From assembly GCA_043228905.1 (NCBI GenBank), contig JBHGNT010000012.1, positions 9,920,001 to 9,984,000 on the forward strand: DNA of 64,000 nt, in the 5' to 3' direction. The notes below the pieces were generated by a model, which saw nothing but the letters and a program-made list of their open reading frames with translations, was not told the DNA's origin and ran no database searches. Positions 11,670 to 25,453 of this stretch are shown piece after piece. Both the position numbers and the translations under genes were made by a program. The stretch comes from Azolla caroliniana. Lineage: Eukaryota; Plantae; Polypodiophyta. Within the stretch, counting starts at the first letter, position 1. Each line of letters starts with the position of its first letter.

Positions 11670-12684
11670 ACGTGATCTTTATATCGAATGTTTTCCTTTT
11701 CGGGGAAAGGATCTTGGTGGCCGTCCTCACATTTTTTTGAGAATGGCGTTGTCACCATCCCTTTTTTCAACAATTTTTTATTGTTGACATTCCCATTGGT
11801 GTCTTCGATTTTATTACGTAAAGAAATGCCTATAGCCACAATGATGTTGAGAACGTAGGGCTTGACCCACTTCATGTGAGGTCGTTCCTATGACACACAT
11901 ATCGAACATCCCTCCCTCGTTACATGGATACGATGCCACCATGAGATCATTCTTATGAGAGGCATTCGTAATGAGGTAACTATGTGATGGGCCATGTGGG
12001 CCTACTACGAAAAGAGGGCTCATTTGGCTTGACCATTAGGTTGCACTTTGGCGTATTCCATCGTAATTACGAGACTTGAGGTTAGGTAACGTACCAACAT
12101 ATTTTGTAGTAAACGAGGGGGAAATAAGGACTCTAGACATATATGTTTCTTTTAAAAAAACATATATGGGCAAATGGCTCACATATCTCTTATATGCATG
12201 AAACATTAAACATTAAAGAAGAGCAACCTACTTGGTGGGCTCAAGTGTTTAATGCAATTGTTCTCGAGGTCTCGAGTTCAAATATGATCAAGACCATACA
12301 ACATCGTTGATACATGTGACTATAACACATGTTTAGACCTGAGGTCTAAGTGCACCTCGAGGTCCTCGTAATAGGACTTAAAGAGCCAAAACCACATATG
12401 TGGGCACAGAAACATAGTTTATTGTTAACATTTTTTTCATGTATAAACTACTCATGACGCGAACATACATAGTTCAGCCTCGGGGAGCCGCCATGAAAAA
12501 ATCGATATAGAGATCAAGGAAAGACATTTATTTGTCACCCCCATGGTTTTTAAAACACCTTTGTGTTACCATAGTAACTTGATCTTGAGCCCCCATGTTT
12601 GTCCATGATATGTTTACATCACGACATGATGTTATGCCTATTTGTCTGACCTTATCCTATTTCTTTGCCAGAAATAATCATTTA

Positions 12685-15600
12685 ATGGCTCAAAATAACG
12701 ACCCGATGTCATCCGCTCAAGCGAAAGGAACTCAACCGAGCCAGCACAAGCTTTAATGAACCTCTAGTCAGAAATTTTCCTCGCTAGAAGACTATGTTCA
12801 CCATGCTAGAACCCAAATCCAAAAGTCGGGTCTAGAAGGGGACAATTGGTTAATAACTTGTTTTGTCAATGGCATCCCCAATTCGGACTATCACTGGATA
12901 CTGCATGATAAGGATTCAAAATCCTTCGAAGAGGCTGTTGAAATAGTTCTTCGCTATCAACGCACTTTGAAGAAGGACCACAACAAACCCAACGAAGCGC
13001 CCGGGACTAAGCAGTCGCAATTCGCTGGGAAATGCAAGACACCCAACGAATTCATGGATCGCGATTGTAAGCGACAACATCCTTTTTGCGTATTCTCCAA
13101 AAAGAAGGGTCATACAAAAGGGCAATGTCAAAAGCTCCAATGGAAAGAGCACGACAACAAAGCTAAAGTTGCAGACCATAAAGGTCAGTTTCCTAATGTC
13201 CTTCAGGTCTATACACATCATTTAAGTAATTGTCAATGTTCTTTCCATCACTATGTATTGGGTCCCAATTATTTACTACGCGCAAACGGGTATATCAATG
13301 GATCTCCCGTACAATTTTCATTTGATTCAGGAAGCTCACACAACTTTGTGAATGATCGTTTGGTTCAGATATGGGGAATCCAAACCACCGTAAGTGATCA
13401 CACCTATACGGTGCACTTGGCTGATGGAAGAGTACAATACATCAACGGGTTGATTCATTCATTAGGAATTTCTATTGATACTTATATAGAGGAAGTAGAC
13501 TTCCATGTAATGAATCTTTGTACCACTAATGTAATACTGGGTTATCCTTGGTTCTATAATAAAAACTCTTCTTTATTGATTGATTGGGTTCATCATTCCA
13601 TTTCCTTTGTATTGAACGATTGTACTCATTTTATTCAATGTGTAAACAAATAATCCCTCTTGATTGTTTCCTCTCCATCAATATCCGAGTTTTCTTGTTC
13701 TACTCTATTTTATCGTGTACTTGATCCGGACATTCACGTTTACAATATCGATAATGTCTCGGTTCAATTAACATATTTTGAACAACAACTTGATGAAATC
13801 TTAAATGATTTTCGTGATGTTTTTCCGAGTGAACTACCAGATGGGTTACCTCCTAAACGTATTATAGAACATTGTATAGATATTGTACCTGGCGTTGCAC
13901 CAATAAGTATACCTCCTTATCGCTTAAGTCAATCTGAAGAGGATGAGGTATCTAAACAGCTCAAGGACTATTTACGAATGGGTTATATACGTTATAGTAA
14001 ATCTTCATGGGGTGCACCAACTCTCTTGGTTAAAAAGAAAGAGGGCACATGGCATATGTGTATTAATTGCCGACGCTTGAATAAAGTGACAATCAAGAAT
14101 TCGTATCCATTGCCCCGGGCTTACGATCTAATTGACCATCTCCAGGGAGCTTGGTATTCTACGAAACTTGATCTCAATACTGGCTACCATCAAATTCGTA
14201 TAAGTGAGGACGATGTTCCTAAAACGACATTTCGTACACGTTATGGCCATTATGAGTTTTTGGTTATGCCTTTTGGTTTGACCAATGCTTCATCTACATT
14301 TCATCAAGAAATGAATGACATTTTCCGAGAACAACTTGGAAAATTTGTCGTTATTTTCTTGGATGATATTTTAGTTTCTAGCCGTACATTACAAGAACAT
14401 GCTAAACATGTCCGCTTTATTTTACAAACATTGCGTGACAAACAATTTTATGCGAAGATCTCAAAATGTGAGTTCTTCAAAAAATCAATTACTTATCTTG
14501 GACATCTCATAACCTAACGAGAACTTGAAATTGATCCTTCTCGCATCGAGAAAATCAAGATTTGGCCCACTCTTCAGAATATTCGAGAAGTTCGATCATT
14601 CCTTGGTTTTGTCGGGTTTTTGTTAAAATCCCTTCGTAATTACTCCCAATTGACGACGTCGTTTACTGATCTTCTAAAAGCTCAAACGCGTAAGTCTACA
14701 AAACCTATTGTCTGGAATGGTTGTTAAGTAATTAGGTAATTAACTAGGGTTAATTAGAGACTAATTATATGGTTACGTTAAGCAGCGGAAGATTAGTATG
14801 ATATGTGCCTAAGAGTGTGTGAGAGGAAGAGAGAGAGAGAGAGGAAGTTACACTTGAACACAAAGATAAATGGGGGATGATTGACTATATTGAAAAGTGT
14901 CATCAACATACAAAAATACCCACAATGAGGTATATATACAACCCATGTGCAAAGGTGCACATGTGTGGGTAAGACATAGGTACTTATGTGTAAGTCCTAC
15001 ATTAAATGTACTAAGGAGTGGAGGATCTAGATTATCCCACTTAAGTTCAAAGTCCTATTTAAAGGCTTAAGGTCAACACATTAACTAAATTCGATCTAGG
15101 TAACTACTAAGTTACATGTGTTGACTAACTAGATTAAACTAGTTGAGCTTCATATCTCAACAATGGTACACTAGACTTCGCCTTTAAGGAACTCAAGGAC
15201 CTGGTGTGCAAGGCTCTTTCACTTCTTTTACCTGATCCTTCAAAACCTTTTGAGGTTGAAACCGATGCAAACGATTATTCTATAGGTGTTGTCTTATATC
15301 AAGATGGTAAACCAATAGCATTCGAGAGTAAGAAACTTGATTCTGCTGAATGTTGGTATACCGTTCAAGAAAAGGAATTATTTGCAGTTATACATGCGCT
15401 CAAAACATGGCGCCATTATCTTTATGGAAATCGCTTTGTGGTAACGATGAACCATGAGTCCTTGAAATATTTTTGTGACCAACAAGATCTGAAAGGTCGT
15501 AAGGAATGATGGGCTGATTTCATCCAGGACTTTGATTTTTCCCTACTATATCATAAAGGTTCCATGAACACTGTCGCTGATGCACGAAGTCGCATCCGTG

Positions 15601-17113
15601 AAGTTAACATGCTTAGCTTCACTCAAAATAACATCAAATCTTTATGATCACCTTCGAGGAAAGTATCTTGATGACAGTTATTTTGCGAAATACTAGGCAA
15701 GAGTTGAGTCTGGAAAAGACACCACCACATCCTCGAAGGAATACTTCCACATTGCCAATGGTCTGCTCTACCGTAATGGGAAGGTTTGTGTTCTAGATTT
15801 GCCTGATGTCAAAAAGAGAATTCTTTTTGAATGCCATGATGCACCCTCAGAAGAGCACCTTGGAATACATCGTACACTCATTCTCATCTCCACTCAATTT
15901 TATTGGCCTAAGATGCGTCCTGACATACATAGCTATGTGACTAAATGTCACCAATGTCAGGTTAACAAAGCCGAGCGACTTAAAGCCGCAGGACTTTTGC
16001 ATCCCTTGGAAATTTGCAATAATACGTGGAAAGTATATCCATGGATTTTATTGTTAGCCTTCCTTGCACCCAAAAAGGCCATGATGCCATCTGGGTTGTG
16101 GTTGATAGACTAACTAAAATGGCCAGATTTATTGCCATTAAAACCACGGTAATAGCTCTTGAATTGGCTTACCAATTCGTCGACGAGTTATTTCGTTTTT
16201 ATGGGTTATCGATGGATATCATGAGTGATCAAGTTCCAAAGTTTACTAGTGACTTCTGGACGCAAGTCTTTAAGAAGTTAGAAACTACATTGAGCATGAG
16301 TTGCACGGATCATCCTCAATCCGATGGACAGACAGAACGAGTAAATCAAATTATTGAGGACATGCTTCGAGCATACGTTGGTGCAAAACCAACAAAATGG
16401 GAACGTTATCTCCCAATTTTGGAGTTTGCTTATAACAGCTCCAAGTATACGTCGACGGGATATAGTCCTTTTATGTTGATGTATGGTTTTCAGCCACGAG
16501 CCCCGATTGATGTTAATATACATCATGATGAGTTGCTAAATACGCAAAACTTCCTTCGGGATATGCAAGATATGTTTCATATTGCACGAGATAATATAAA
16601 AACAGCTCAAGATAGCGCGCGTTTTTATGCCGATCATCATAGGCAACCTTGTGTATTTAACCCTGGACAGAAGGTATTTTTACGTGTACCTCACAATTCT
16701 AAGACATTGTCTAAGGGTAAGTGCGCTAAGTTAGCCCCACGGTTTTGTGGACCTTTTACAGTTTTCAAACGCATTGGGTCATCAGCTTATCGTGTCGCTC
16801 TTCTCGAAGGTGTTAAATTCATCCAGTTTTTTATGTGAGTCGTCTATATCAACTTCTAGGTTCTAGTGACAATACAGTTACAACTGAAACTCTGGTTACT
16901 TCTGAAGAATTATCTTCTAAACCACATGTACCAGAAAGAATTCTCGATGTTAAAACAAAACAATTAAGTACTAAAGAAATTCGAGAATTTAAAATAAAAT
17001 GGATGGATAAATCAATAAAAGATGGCACATGGGAACGTGAAAATACTCTCAGAACAAACTTTCCATTGCATGACTGCAATGTTTTAAAGAGGGGGAGTAA
17101 TGTACGGGCATGA
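12685..17113 (+). pseudogene. G1a gag-pol pseudogene
   Basis: CCHC knuckle, DSGSSHNF protease, RT ([16 protein letters not shown]), RH, INT, chromodomain. Many stops and frameshifts, and a gag deletion relative to G1b. Confidence 0.92.
14722..15162 (-). mobile_element. Copia-type solo LTR, TSD ATGGT
   Basis: TG..CA termini with ATGGT on both flanks; interrupts G1a pol. Its end GTTGAGCTT..CTCAACA resembles the copia LTR ends at 26854, 27462 and 48771. Confidence 0.88.
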
Positions 17114-17129
17114 TCATATAATATCCCGT

Positions 17130-20100
17130 TGTGAAGATTCCGGGCCATAGAGAGAAACCGGGGGATATCGGAAGAATCGGCGGGGTGCACCATATGCACT
17201 TACCCTTGTAAAAAAAAACGTGTGAATAGTAGGAGTCATGTCGGGATAGAGAATCCCATGTAAGTCGGGATTTATCCCACATTTAACGCATCCCTCTCCT
17301 TGTTCTATAAAAGGAAAGGATGGTCCCTTGTAGAGGGGTTGCCCATTTTGAGTTAGGAGAGTATACCACATAGGTCTAGGGTTTGGTAGAGTTCTTCCTC
17401 TTCCTCTTATTCTTGTTCGTTTAGGGTTTCGTCTTGGTAGTTTCTTTCTTTTCTTTCTTCTCCTCCTTCTTCTCCCCCTTTGTGTTTGCTGAAGGTTTTC
17501 TTCTGCTCAGTCTCTTGCGCAAGACCCCGCTTGGCGCGACAAGCCCATCAGCTCCCCGATCAGCGGCTTGGCAGCAGATTGCTGTTGTAACCTACCTTGG
17601 TCCGGCTCGAAGCCTGGGTTGTATCTTTCCCTGTAATATATATATATATATATATATATATTCGTGTTTGTTTGTGCATATCGGTGTAGTTGGGGGAGTC
17701 GGGAGCACATCCCCTTTGTTTCCTGTGTATAAGAGTTAGTGTAGTGCACATGCTCTCTCTCTCTTTTCTCTCTTTCTCTCTCTCTCGCGTTGGGTTGCCT
17801 CCGGGACATGTCCGGAATCGGTTTCTCGGCACCCTTTTCTCCCTAGTTCAAGACCCCCGTGGTCCCGCCCCTTCTACACCCACGCGCGTAACAACACGAC
17901 ATATTTGGTGAATTCGACCTAGAGTAAGGAACGGTGGTGGCGGGAAGGCGGGCAACCGAACGCAGAAGGGGAGGTCCCACGAAGATCCTCACACAGATCC
18001 GGTAGTCGGCCCCAGTGCCGGCGTGAGTTCTATAGGAAGGGACGGTGGTGGCAGGTGAACGTGATCGGACAACGGAATGTAGAGCAGCAAGGAGGTACCA
18101 GGCCGGCGGGGCAGCCATGAACCGGATATTGAGCCGACTGCTAGAGTTGGCAAGACAGAGATCGGACGCGCTTGGTGCGAGATTCGGTGACCCAACAAAA
18201 CGGAGGCCCAAGAAGCATCCTTCACACCTGCCCGGAGACCTCGGTTGTTCGGCCGACGTGGCAACGTAAGACCGAGGGTAATGGAAGGTGGCGGCAAGGG
18301 GACAAAGGTGGCAACAACAGAGGCACCGACCAGCCGAAGGCATTACGAGAACGAAGGAGGCCATGCGGGCCGGGCAGCGGGAAGGGTGATCTTCCGGTGC
18401 GAAGCCGGGGACACCCGATTAAGGAGCGGTGTGTCAAGCTAGAAAGGGGCACACCCGAAAGAGGAATAGAAGACGTGTGTGTGGCCATCGAGGGCCAAAG
18501 CAAGCACGGTTACGGGATAGTGTTCGGTACAGGCGGTGCTGGGAACGAAAGCACGTGCATGCGTAAACGGACTACGCAGGATGGAGACCGGAAACAAGAT
18601 CGAGGTCCGGAGGAGGATCCTCCGCACCCGCTTCAGAGATATCGACGGCTCAGTCGGAGTGGCAACGACCGGCGTAGCATGCCGAACCCGAGATAACAAA
18701 CTCGTGGGCGCAAGGGGACGACGGCAAGCGGAAGGGGACGACTCGCGGGCTACGACGGGGTGTTCCTCGAACACGGAGGACACCGGTACACGGAGAAGCG
18801 GCGATGCACGATCTGGCCTGGCGAGGGCCGACGACGCGTGCATAGGACGAAACCGGGGTTCGGCGCAGGTGGAGCTGGACATGGGAAGAGGGATGTGCGG
18901 CACACGGAGGTGCCGGAGCGGAAACACCGGCGCGCAGATAGGTTGCGGGTTCAAGTGCTCTCGCGTAGAAGGCCGGAGAGGGATCCTCCACACTTGTTCC
19001 CGAGACCTTGGCAGTTCGAGACGATGTAGCAATGCAAGACCAAGGAGAAGAAAGGTGGCGGCGAGGGGACGACGGCGACGGAGAAGGGACGACAACCGAG
19101 ATGACGCGAAGATGTACGGAGGCTAAGCGGGCCATCACGGGTGTTCCTCGGACGAAGGACACTGTATATCCAGAGGAACAGGAAGCGTGCATGCAGTCGA
19201 GAGGAGGGCCCACAAGGGAGCACACGCGTAGGAGGGATCGTGGCAAGAACCTATCGACGGGTCGAATGAGCTTACGGAGAGGCGAGCGCGAGGATGAACT
19301 AGAGTTGACGGTTCAAACCGGCAAGGCCGACGGGGCAGCCGGATTGCGGATTGCAAAAGACCGGTTCCTCATCGACCGGAATCTCTCACCCTTCTCCGAA
19401 CTTGGCACATACTGGTGGACGTGCGCGGTTTAGTGGGGGCGGATTCCGGGCCATAGTGAGAAACCGGGGGATATCGGAAGAATCGGTGGGGTTCACCATA
19501 TGCACTTACCCTTGTAAATAAAAAACGTGTGAATAGTAGGAGTCATGTCGGGACAGAGAATCCCATGTAAGTCGGGATTTATGCCACATTGTAATGCATC
19601 CCTCTCCTTGTTTTATAAAAGGAAGGGATCGTCCCTTGTAGAGGGGTTGCCCATTTTGAGTTAGGAGGGTATACCACTTAGCTCTAGGGTTTGGTTGAGT
19701 TCTTCTTCTTCATCTTATTCTTGATCGTTTAGGGTTTCGTCTTGGTAGTTTCTTTCTTTTGTTTCTTCTTCTCCTTCTTCTCCCCCTTTGTGTTTGCTGA
19801 AGGTTTGCTTCTGCTCGGTCTCCTGCGCAAGACCCCGCTCGGCGCGACAAGCCCGTGAGCTCCCCGATCGGCGCCTTGGCAGCAGACTGCTGTTGTAACC
19901 TACCTTGGTCCGGCTCGAAGCCGGGGTTGTATCTTTCCCTGTAATATATATATATATATATATTCGTGTTTGTTTGGGCATATCGGTGTAGTTTCCGGTG
20001 TATAAGAGTCAGTGTATAAGAGTCAGTGTAGCGCGCATGCTCTCTCACTCTTTTCTCTCTTTCTCTCTCTCTCTCGTGTTCGGTTGCCTCCGGGATGTGT

Positions 20101-20190
20101 TCGGAGTCGGTTTCTTGGCACCCCTTTCTCCCTAGTCCGAGACCCCCATGGTCTTGCCCCTTCTACATGCATGCGCGTAACAACGCAACA
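17130..20190 (+). mobile_element. Non-autonomous LTR retrotransposon (LTRs 17130-17901 and ~19441-20190; 1.5-kb internal region without pol) inside the G1a 3' LTR
   Basis: About 750-bp direct repeats; degenerate tRNA-Trp-like PBS TGGTGAATTCGAC; PPT TAGTGGGGGCGGA like element Y; 4-bp TSD CCGT/CCAT. Confidence 0.85.
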
Positions 20191-23100
20191 CCATGGTGAG
20201 AATTTACCGTAGTATTCTATAGACATGGATAAGTGTGAGGGTTAAACGAGAGTGTAAAGAAGGGGAGGATTACTTTTAATCCTCGAGATTGAGACAACCC
20301 ATTAGGCCAAGTTTGATCTTGCTTGGGGGACTTCCGTATCGCTATAAATAAGAGGCCTAGCTACCCTCATTTGATCATCTTGTTGACTACATCGAGACTC
20401 TGTCTTGTGGTGGGTCAACTCTTGTAGCGAGCGTGCCAGTACCAGGTATGACTCGACGCCACAGCAGTGGTATGGGACACCAATCAAGGCTCGAGTCCGT
20501 CTCGATCCCTTCGCTCAGGGGTGGTTAGGTGAATCGACACCCTTCTTTCTCGCTCTCCTTTCTATCTATCTATCTATATTCTATCCTTATCTAATGCTTA
20601 CAATAGGTCATGTCTCTAATAACACAATTTCTGACGACCACGATTCCTGCAGTGAGCAAAGAACACTGGGGGATGGATGTCTAGACCGACTAACGACCAT
20701 GTCACCAAACGAGGAAGAAGACTTGCCGAAAGACAGCAAAGACGGGCGGGCAGCCTTCCAACAAGTGGCCGAGGAGATCCGACATGATCGGTCTTTTCGT
20801 AGAGTGCTTCGGAGGGTCGCGGAAGAATCACTTGAGTTCCAAACACAACAACTTTCCGACGAGGGCAGTAGTCTAACGAGCCTGCAAGAGGCAAAAGCAC
20901 GACTGCGGATGCTTGCCAGAGGCAACGGAGACTCGGAGGCATTCTCAGCCTTAGAGTTGGAATCGGATAGTGAACAAAGTGTTCAGTCGAATTACTAAAG
21001 CAACCAACACCACCCGTGGAGACAGCGGAAAACCGCGCACCAACCCACCCGCGGAGATAGCGGAAAACTGCGCACCAACACTACCCACGGAGACAGAAGG
21101 AAACTGCGCAACCGGAGATAGTTAACAAGGGCACCTTCGGAGGAGGAGGCGAAAGCGGTGTTTCTGGCCGCTCTACGGGAACCCCTACGAACGATGTGTT
21201 GGGTACTAGATTTCCGGGCCAGCACAGATCAAGTCATCGTTCGGGTGTTGGAAATGGATAAACATAGCTTCCTGATGACGATGGGAGCCCTGCAGAGGGC
21301 TCTTCCAAATCTAGAGGATCTCAGGTTTCACCAGGCGTTGTAATGCACAACGTGTCTACCCTCGGGCCATTCGATGGTAGACTGCACAATGAGGACGCAG
21401 TGTATGATCTACAACTCATGGGCAAACACAACGGACTGATGCGAGTACAACCTGCTCAACCGACAAGCAACACCGGTGAGGATCATTGAACCACTTAGTA
21501 GTCACTAACTGGACGATGAACGGTTCCGTAGGGAGGACCGATACCGACCAGAACATGGGAATAGGTACAATGAGAGAAGACGCGACGACCAACACAGGGA
21601 AGGCCACAATCAAGATCGATATGAACGGGACTATTCACTGGATTACGACCGGAGAAGGGATGCTTATGACCGGTATGGTCGCGACAACTCTCCAAGCTAC
21701 AACCAGAGGAGGGAGGACCAACGAGAAAACTACGAAGACTGGCAGCGGCAGGGTAACAAGAACAGACGCTTTCTTAAGAAACGGAACTTTCGGAAAGAGA
21801 ATCGTCGGGAGCCGGCAAAGGAGTATCAATGAGAGCTGGATAGAGGCATAAGTGGCGCCCAACCAGAACAAAGAAGAATAGAAGAACCTAACCAAGCGGT
21901 AAACGGATTTCAACAGGGTACCGAAACAAAAGTAGAATCTGGCAATACCCGGAAGGCATATTGCTACTATTGCCGCCAGGAGCACCATTACAACAACCAA
22001 TTCCCGGTTAAAAGGAACGAAAAACGGCCGACGATCAGTATGGTGGTAGCAGAAGTAGCGGATATACAACAAGTCACCACAAGATCAAAAGGAAAGACGG
22101 CGGACTGGGAAGCATAAGAGGCCATACGAAAACAGACCACTGAATGGATTGAAAAGGCCAACGAACACAATGTCACCGAAATGAAGGAGCACATGAATGT
22201 AGTGGAGAAAATCACCGTAAAGGCACAACCAAAGAACCCCACATGGAAAGCACTTCAGCAAAGCCAAATCACGTTACCACTGGGCCAGTTACTGCAACTA
22301 GTGCCCTGCTTCACCGACGGGTTGAAATCGGCGATGGCTCCGTTAAGTCTTGCACCAACTCCGGCATTCTTTTCAAAACCGGAGAAAGGGCCGATAGTGG
22401 TGGACACCGACAGTCCTACAATCACTGCGATTATTATAGGACGGGAGCTACCGGGTACGATAGTCCATGGCGGATTACCTTTTAATAAAGGTAGGCGTAA
22501 ATAAAGGTCTTATACGTATTAAATCTATATTTAGAACATTTAGGATAAGTTAGTATAATGGTAAGGTTGGGGTTTGTCTACGTCAAGGTATAAGGTTCGA
22601 ATCTTGCCCTATGCATGTAACAACCTTTTTTTCTATCTACAAATTTGTCTCTTCATCCGGTGAGAGACTCTCACCGGCTTTCTTTATCCGGCTCTTGCCG
22701 GTTCTACTTGATCCGGTTCTTACCAGGTCCTCCTTACCGGTCCTCTTCGTCCGTTTCTCACCAACTCTCACCGGCCTTCTTCATCCGGCTCTTGCCGGTC
22801 TGCTTTGTCCGGTTCTCACCGAGTACTCTTCATCTGGCTCTCACCGGGTATTGCTTCGTCCTATCCGGAGGGACCAAAAATGCAATTTTCTCATAGTGTG
22901 TGATTTACACTGCGACACTCGCCCCGTCCAAACCCGCACATCCACCGGTATGTGCCGAAGTTCCTGATGCTCATTATTCGCCTTCATCTGTAACACTCTC
23001 CGATTCTCCCCTTATGTCGACTACGAGTTCAACCCCACTTTGTTCGCTTTCTGCATCACCACGATCTTTGTCCAGTTGTTCCTCATTGTCGGTCTTGTCT

Positions 23101-23887
23101 AGGGCTACATAGGGTTCATCATCAGTCCACTTCCCACATCTTGAAGAGCTTTACCCGTTTCCCCGATATAAGCACTCGTAGTATCGTTCCATCCAACTCG
23201 TATAGTCGGTGAGTTCCGTTGTCGAAAACTTTACGAACCTCGTATGGCCCGAACCACCTTTTCGTGAACTTCCCTATCGTTGTATGTTGATGATCCAAAC
23301 TACTATCATAGACAATCACGCAATCTCCTTCTCCAATCTTCCGTGGCCGTAGTTGGTACTTCGTGTCGAACTGGCTTTTGTTCCGGAATCGCGCTTCTTG
23401 TTGTCGGCGTGTTGCTTCCGCCATGTCTTCCGGTCTTCCCTTTAGTTGTCGTATCCGAACCGCTAGTAGTTCTCCCCGGCTCATCTCTTTCTTCCACGGT
23501 AGCTTTGTCTATGTCGCGATCACGGTTTCCATCGGCATTACCAGTGCTTGTCCGGTCATAAGTTATGTCGGCATATAACCAGTTACGGAGCTATGCGTTG
23601 TCCGATCTACCCATAGTGCATACGAGAGCATCTACGGCCAATCCTTCACCCTTTTATCGCATGCTTTGGCAAGTGCTTTGACGATTGGACTATGTCCTCG
23701 TTCGATTTTCCCGTTGGCCTCCGGATTGTATGTCATTGTTAGTATTAACCGAACTCCATGTTTGGTGAAGAATTCCCTAGCTTTATCAGAGTCGAGTTCT
23801 CCCCGATCCGCAATTACTTGTCCTACGCACCCGTACCTGCAAAAAACCTCCTCCAAAAGAAATTGGCATATCGCAGAACACGTTTTC

Positions 23888-24157
23888 TGACAGGAACTAC
23901 ACGCTCCAATGAACACCGCTCGGCCACAACCGGGCTTAGAATCAAACACAGAAAATGGGAATGAAAGACACGACACCAAGAAGAGAAGAGTACACAGGAT
24001 GTTTAACGTGGAAAACCCTGAGAGGGAAAAAACCACGGGAGTCCACAGACTCCAAACTATCACTATATAAGAATGTACAATAGTGGAGCACCAAGGCAAC
24101 GACCTCGAGCTTGCTATCTTCGCCACAAGCGGCGGTTACAATAGAGGCAACGACCTC

Positions 24158-24195
<38 letters not shown>

Positions 24196-24463
24196 TGTAC
24201 ACAGTTACACGCTCTACAATCTTGCACCAACAAGAATGACAACAACACACTCAAGAAGTTTGCCCTAAGTCATATTTATACTAATATGACTTTTCGGCTA
24301 TTTACAAATATAGCCACGATGGACTCTCAAAAACATATTTACGAATATGTCTCTTCATCCGGTGAGCACTCCTCACTGGGCCTGCATCATCCGGCGCTTG
24401 CCGGATACTCCTCATCCGGTTCTCACCGGGTCTGCACCATCCAGAGGGACGTGTTTCCTAACA
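23888..24463 (-). mobile_element. Copia solo LTR, TSD TTTTC, same family as the LTR at 63103-63810
   Basis: TG..CA termini with TTTTC on both sides; interrupts the M integrase; its reverse complement matches 63350-63800. Confidence 0.88.
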
Positions 24464-25453
24464 TTTTCCTTCGTAGCGCCCGACCTTCTACCTGATTTGT
24501 GAGATCTTCCCGAGCTAACACCAAGTACCTCTTTTGTCCGATCCCAGTTGGCATGGCTACAATGTTGACCATCCATTTGAAGTTGATTGTTGGTGAGAAT
24601 GTTGGATGTAACTCATCTCGGTGTCGAACTCCGGAGTAGAGTTGACACTTCTCGCAGTTTTCCGTGAACTCCACTATATCTTTGTACATATTCTTCCACC
24701 AATATTTTTGTTTAATTTTCACAAAAGTTGCCCATGTCCCTCGATGTCCAGCCCAATCGGATTCGTGAAACTTGGACATTATCCGGTTTTGTTGCTCTTT
24801 CGTCCCGACTACCCTAAGTGGTATGCCATCCGGTCTTTTCGGCTCCTTCCATATTAATCCATTTTTCAAGAAGAACTTTTGGACTTGCCTCTTCTTCCTT
24901 CGGATCTCTTCTCTCTTCTCTTTATTGTCCGGTGATTCCTCAATCTCTTGTAGCACCTTCCCGATCATCAAGCTTTCTCCTTCTTATTCTTCTTCTCGGA
25001 ATTCTCAGATTACGTTTACTCGGCATATGTGCTCCGACGCAAAGTAGTCATTAGAAACTTCTTCATTATCGGATTCGGCTATGCGATCTCCGAATCGAGC
25101 CCTTGATAGCATATCCGCTACCACGTTTTCTTTTCCGGAGATGTGTCGTACGTCTGGGTTAAGAGACTTAACATATGCAATCCATCTTAGCATAGCCACA
25201 TACGGTATCGTGCAACACCGCATCATCCCGAATATCGGAAGACAATCCGTTTCGATCACTAATTCGGCTCTGATCAAATAATCTCGATCCAATTTGATTG
25301 CCGACACGGCTCCCATAATTCTCTTTTGACTTGTGCATATCCACGTTGGCTTTCCTTGAGAACCTTTGCTCCAAATCGGATAGGATATCGCAAACCATCC
25401 GAGTCATCTTGATTGATGACCCATCCGATCCCGGTTGGACTTGTATCAACCGT

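Larger units (their letters stand above)
9427..20621 (+). mobile_element. Ty3/gypsy chromovirus G1a (degenerate). LTRs 9427-9850 and 17101-20621 (interrupted), TSD ACACA
   Basis: ACACA flanks at 9422-9426 and 20622-20626; PBS TGGTATCTGAGC at 9853 (tRNA-iMet type); PPT AGAGGGGGAG before 17101; PR-RT-RH-INT-chromodomain order. Confidence 0.92.
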
